Part shown: piece after piece, positions 13,924 through 16,133 of the stretch
Numbering within the stretch: position 1 is the first letter of the stretch
Layout of the letters: each line of letters begins with the position of its first letter
From: a virus
Taxonomy: Duplodnaviria; Heunggongvirae; Uroviricota; Caudoviricetes
Virus record (IMG/VR): IMGVR_UViG_3300027808_000017
Coordinates: 64,001-80,133 of that record
DNA: 16,133 bases
Strand: one strand, 5' to 3'
Made by a program: the position numbers and the translations under genes
The notes under the pieces: generated by a model
The model's database searches: none
What the model was told of the DNA's origin: nothing
Seen by the model: only the letters and a program-made list of their open reading frames with translations

Positions 13924-13985
13924 GAGAGTCAGGTTGCAGGACCTAGTGCCTCTTGCGAGGGAAGTATCCAGGCGATATGACTCTC
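13924..13985 (-). ncRNA. Candidate 62-nt small structured RNA
   Basis: Closing stem GAGAGTCA/TGACTCTC, CCTC-GCAA-GAGG GNRA hairpin and GGT-CCTGCA-ACC. Confidence 0.5.
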
Positions 13986-13990
13986 AAACT

Positions 13991-14082
13991 TGGCGTTGAG
14001 TGTGGGATTTGAACCCACGGTCCATATTACTACAGACGACACCTTAGCAGGGTGTTGATTTAAGCCACTCATCCAACTCAAC
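13991..14082 (-). tRNA. tRNA-Ser(GCT)
   Basis: Long variable arm, loop CT-GCT-AA, G73, CCA. Confidence 0.95.
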
Positions 14083-14087
14083 ATATT

Positions 14088-14166
14088 TGGCGCACCGCAC
14101 GGGATTCGAACCCGTGATCTCCGCCGTGACAGGGCGGCGCCTTAGGCCAGACTGAGCTAGCGGTGC
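14088..14166 (-). tRNA. tRNA-Asp(GTC)
   Basis: Loop CT-GTC-AC, G73, CCA. Confidence 0.95.
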
Positions 14167-14176
14167 ATGAACTGCT

Positions 14177-14237
14177 TACAGGACACCCCTATGGGCTTGG
14201 TTGTTTAAGAGTACGCCTACCCAGCGACTCTCCTATA
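14177..14237 (-). ncRNA. Candidate 61-nt small structured RNA
   Basis: Closing stem TATAGGA/TCCTGTA, GAGT-CGC/GCG-T-ACTC hairpin and CCC/GGG. Confidence 0.35.
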
Positions 14238-14241
14238 AAAC

Positions 14242-14316
14242 TGGTACTCGGAAGGGGAATCGAACCCCTCTTACATACGTGAAAGGCATGTGTCCTAACC
14301 GATAGACGACCCGAGC
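14242..14316 (-). tRNA. tRNA-Glu(TTC)
   Basis: Loop CT-TTC-AC, CCA. Confidence 0.93.
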
Positions 14317-14320
14317 ATAC

Positions 14321-14401
14321 TATATGAAAACACACTTCGGATACTGTACTAAACAGAAACTATCCAACACGGGCTATCCCGCTGAAGCATGTTTACATAT
14401 A
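14321..14401 (-). ncRNA. Long-terminal-stem element D
   Basis: TATATGTAAACATGCTTCAG pairs with CCGAAGTGTGTTTTCATATA (two G-U, two mismatches). Interior CGGG/CCCG and CTGT/ACAG. Confidence 0.55.
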
Positions 14402-14405
14402 ACTA

Positions 14406-14636
14406 CTATATGAAAATACATTAGGGAAGTTCTTGACACGCATCACCAACTTGCGTCAAGACCTCATTACGTGCCTAGTTGTTCCGTCGCCTCCCTGGAG
14501 TTTGGTATAGTTCTTGCCCTTTGACTCGATGGTGTCTCGTCATACTCTAGAACCCTCCTGCTTCATGGGTATCCGGTTCGTATCAACCTTCGTTCACCCC
14601 TAACGGACTAGGTAACCCTAATGTGTTTACATATAG
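14406..14636 (-). ncRNA. Long-terminal-stem element E (~230 nt)
   Basis: CTATATGTAAACACATTAGGG pairs with CCCTAATGTATTTTCATATAG. Interior CCTAGT/ACTAGG, CCGT/ACGG and TCTTGAC/GTCAAGA. Confidence 0.6.
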
Positions 14637-14681
14637 TCCCTGTAACTTAAACAGGGCTATATGACAATTAAAATTTTAACG

Positions 14682-14876
14682 AACATTACAACTAGTCTCA
14701 ATCGACTACGTTGTTTAAATATTACTGTGGCAGTAATTTTTCAACTGCCAGCCTCGGGGATTTCTCCCTTTGCTTTATACTCCGAGGACCCATGTTGACA
14801 TGGGTCTCTTGTGGTACCACCGTTTCTCGGCGGTCTCAGAGTAGTTTAGGCTGAGTCACAAACTCATTTAATGTTT
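14682..14876 (-). ncRNA. Candidate ~195-nt multi-hairpin RNA
   Basis: Closing AACATTA/TAATGTT; hairpins TGGCAGT/ACTGCCA, CCTCGG/CCGAGG, GACCCATG/CATGGGTC and CTCAG/CTGAG; no ORF. Confidence 0.55.
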
Positions 14877-14949
14877 CCTGCTTGACTTTTTGCTATTGCT
14901 AGCGTGTCTCGCTTTTTGAAACAACCTGCTTTCTCAACTCATTAAATGT

Positions 14950-14978
14950 ATTATACATCTAATCGGATTTATCGTCAA
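14950..14978 (-). promoter_or_regulatory. sigma70-type promoter
   Basis: TTGACG, 17 nt, TATAAT, with TG extended -10. Confidence 0.85.
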
Positions 14979-15054
14979 TTCTTTTGTGTTGTATTTTTAC
15001 GTCACTCAGAATCTTCAACTCACCTTTGAATCAATCTCTCAACTCATTAAACAT

Positions 15055-15083
15055 AGTATAGCACCAAATGGGTTTATCGTCAA
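15055..15083 (-). promoter_or_regulatory. sigma70-type promoter
   Basis: TTGACG, 17 nt, TATACT, with TG extended -10. Confidence 0.8.
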
Positions 15084-15132
15084 ATTTTTTGTTGTTGTAT
15101 TTTTACTACAGAATTGTAATACTATTGTTTCT

Positions 15133-15207
15133 TGGTCCGGCGTACAGGAATCGAACCCATATTCACGGTGTAGAAGACCGCTGTATTATCCGTTATACTA
15201 ACGCCGG
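15133..15207 (-). tRNA. tRNA-Arg(TCT)
   Basis: Loop CT-TCT-AC, CCA. Confidence 0.92.
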
Positions 15208-15216
15208 AAAATTTGT

Positions 15217-15408
15217 TTAGGCTAAGGATTGTCTGAAAACTTCTAATTCTGCATCAGTGAGAATTAGTTCCAGTTTGTTTTGTTTTGCTGATGGGTCTCT
15301 TGCCCAATCATATACTGTATAGATATGTACGTAGTTGCTACCCTCTGGTATATCTAACTTGCGTGTTTCACAAAATAGTTTATAACCTGCGTTTTCACTA
15401 ACTAACAT
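15217..15408 (-). CDS. Hypothetical protein (63 aa)
   Basis: ORF between tRNAs with a GGAG RBS. Confidence 0.72.
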   Translation of the reverse strand: MLVSENAGYKLFCETRKLDIPEGSNYVHIYTVYDWARDPSAKQNKLELILTDAELEVFRQSLA

Positions 15409-15427
15409 ACTTACTCCATAAAATGTT

Positions 15428-15503
15428 TGGCTCCACAGCCTGGGCTCGAACCAGGGACCAATTGATTAACAGTCAACTACTCTACCGACTGAGCTACTGC
15501 GGA
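15428..15503 (-). tRNA. tRNA-Asn(GTT)
   Basis: Loop CT-GTT-AA, G73, CCA. Confidence 0.95.
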
Positions 15504-15513
15504 ATGAATTACT

Positions 15514-15588
15514 TGGTGCCGAATGTCTGGTTCGAACAGACGACCTATCGCTTACAAGGCGATTGCACTACCACTGTGCTAATTCGGC
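15514..15588 (-). tRNA. tRNA-Thr(TGT)
   Basis: GCCGAAT/ATTCGGC acceptor, loop CT-TGT-AA, CCA. Confidence 0.95.
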
Positions 15589-15606
15589 ATATTTTTATTT
15601 AACTGA

Positions 15607-15635
15607 AGTATATCACAAGGAAACTTTTCTGTCAA
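15607..15635 (-). promoter_or_regulatory. sigma70-type promoter at the head of the tRNA array
   Basis: TTGACA (15635-15630), 17 nt, TATACT (15612-15607), with TG extended -10. Confidence 0.85.
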
Positions 15636-15651
15636 GTCCCCTGTGATATTT

Positions 15652-16133
15652 TTACGACAATAAGATTCTACTGTGCTTTGGAACACCTGCAAGCAAGTAG
15701 TCCATTTGATCCGAAAGTATTGTGCGGTTCTGTAGAATCATGTTTTCATAGTGATTGGGTGCGTATGGAACGTACAACAATTCAAGACCACATTCTTTTA
15801 ACAGTTTGTGACCCTTCTTTGCGTTACAGTCCTTACATGCAGTAACCACATTCATCCAAGTGTTTTCACCACCTCGGCTCTTAGGCAGAATGTGGTCACG
15901 ACTTAGATTGTTGTAGTTGGGGAAATGTCCGCTACAGTATGCACATACATAACGGTCACGACCGAATAGTGTACGATTGCTTAGTGCAACTTGTGCATGT
16001 TTATGAGGATTGAAACCATGACCCTTGATAGCAATTATGCTAGTAGTTTCTAGGTAACTCATTTCACCGTCATTTTGTACACCACCACGATACTTAGCTA
16101 CAACTTCTCCTAATGCCCATGCAATTGCATTCT
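15652..16133 (-). CDS. HNH endonuclease (5'-truncated by the window edge)
   Basis: CAYC...LSRDHILPKSRGGENTWMNVVTACKDCNAKKG. The frame stays open from 16062 to the window end. Confidence 0.9.
   Translation of the reverse strand, partial: NAIAWALGEVVAKYRGGVQNDGEMSYLETTSIIAIKGHGFNPHKHAQVALSNRTLFGRDRYVCAYCSGHFPNYNNLSRDHILPKSRGGENTWMNVVTACKDCNAKKGHKLLKECGLELLYVPYAPNHYENMILQNRTILSDQMDYLLAGVPKHSRILLS

Larger units (their letters stand above)
14932..15106 (-). repeat. Tandem ~70-bp duplicated promoter unit
   Basis: 14932-15000 and 15037-15106 share TCTCAACTCATTAAA, TTTATCGTCAA and GTTGTATTTTTAC. Confidence 0.8.

Noticed and set aside
5951-15201. ORFs 5951-6175, 7593-7847, 7783-7965, 12745-12945, 12816-13010 and 14986-15201, and the listed N-terminal extensions of rpoZ, ppiC, the 216-aa ORF and 12188-12496
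   Set aside because: They read through tRNA genes or promoters; better downstream starts exist for the real genes.
1-16133. CRISPR array, tmRNA, rRNA, integrase/transposase or canonical YrlA
   Set aside because: No regularly spaced direct repeats, tag-peptide ORF, rRNA-like sequence or recombinase motif was seen. No element could be matched by eye to the canonical Y RNA bulged helix; a cmscan is needed for a firm negative.

Overview
Almost entirely minus-strand segment, most likely from a large T4-like/jumbo bacteriophage. This is inferred from the dense CCA-encoding tRNA array, host-derived accessory genes, an HNH gene, seven near-consensus sigma70 promoters and ATAAATA late-promoter-like motifs. 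It holds 23 tRNA or tRNA-like genes interleaved with short genes. These include a partial secreted SxxK D-Ala-D-Ala peptidase, a metallophosphoesterase, a CX5R phosphatase, a 475-aa DUF2828/TROVE-like vWA protein, rubrerythrin plus rubredoxin, RNA polymerase omega, parvulin, a frameshifted TauD-like remnant, a coupled four-gene 2OG-oxygenase/radical-SAM cassette and an HNH nuclease. The most unusual content is non-coding. (i) Three stem-closed elements share a GGAT-stem/CAGCAA signature and surround the TROVE-like gene. (ii) A family of elements is closed by 17-21-bp TATAT..AAACA-type terminal stems. (iii) A ~230-nt manA-like RNA has a T-arm. (iv) Several further hairpin-rich spacers are present. 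The leading hypothesis is a phage Ro60-like protein with its own non-canonical Y-like RNAs plus RNA end-healing enzymes. All family assignments come from motif recognition by eye; no searches were run.
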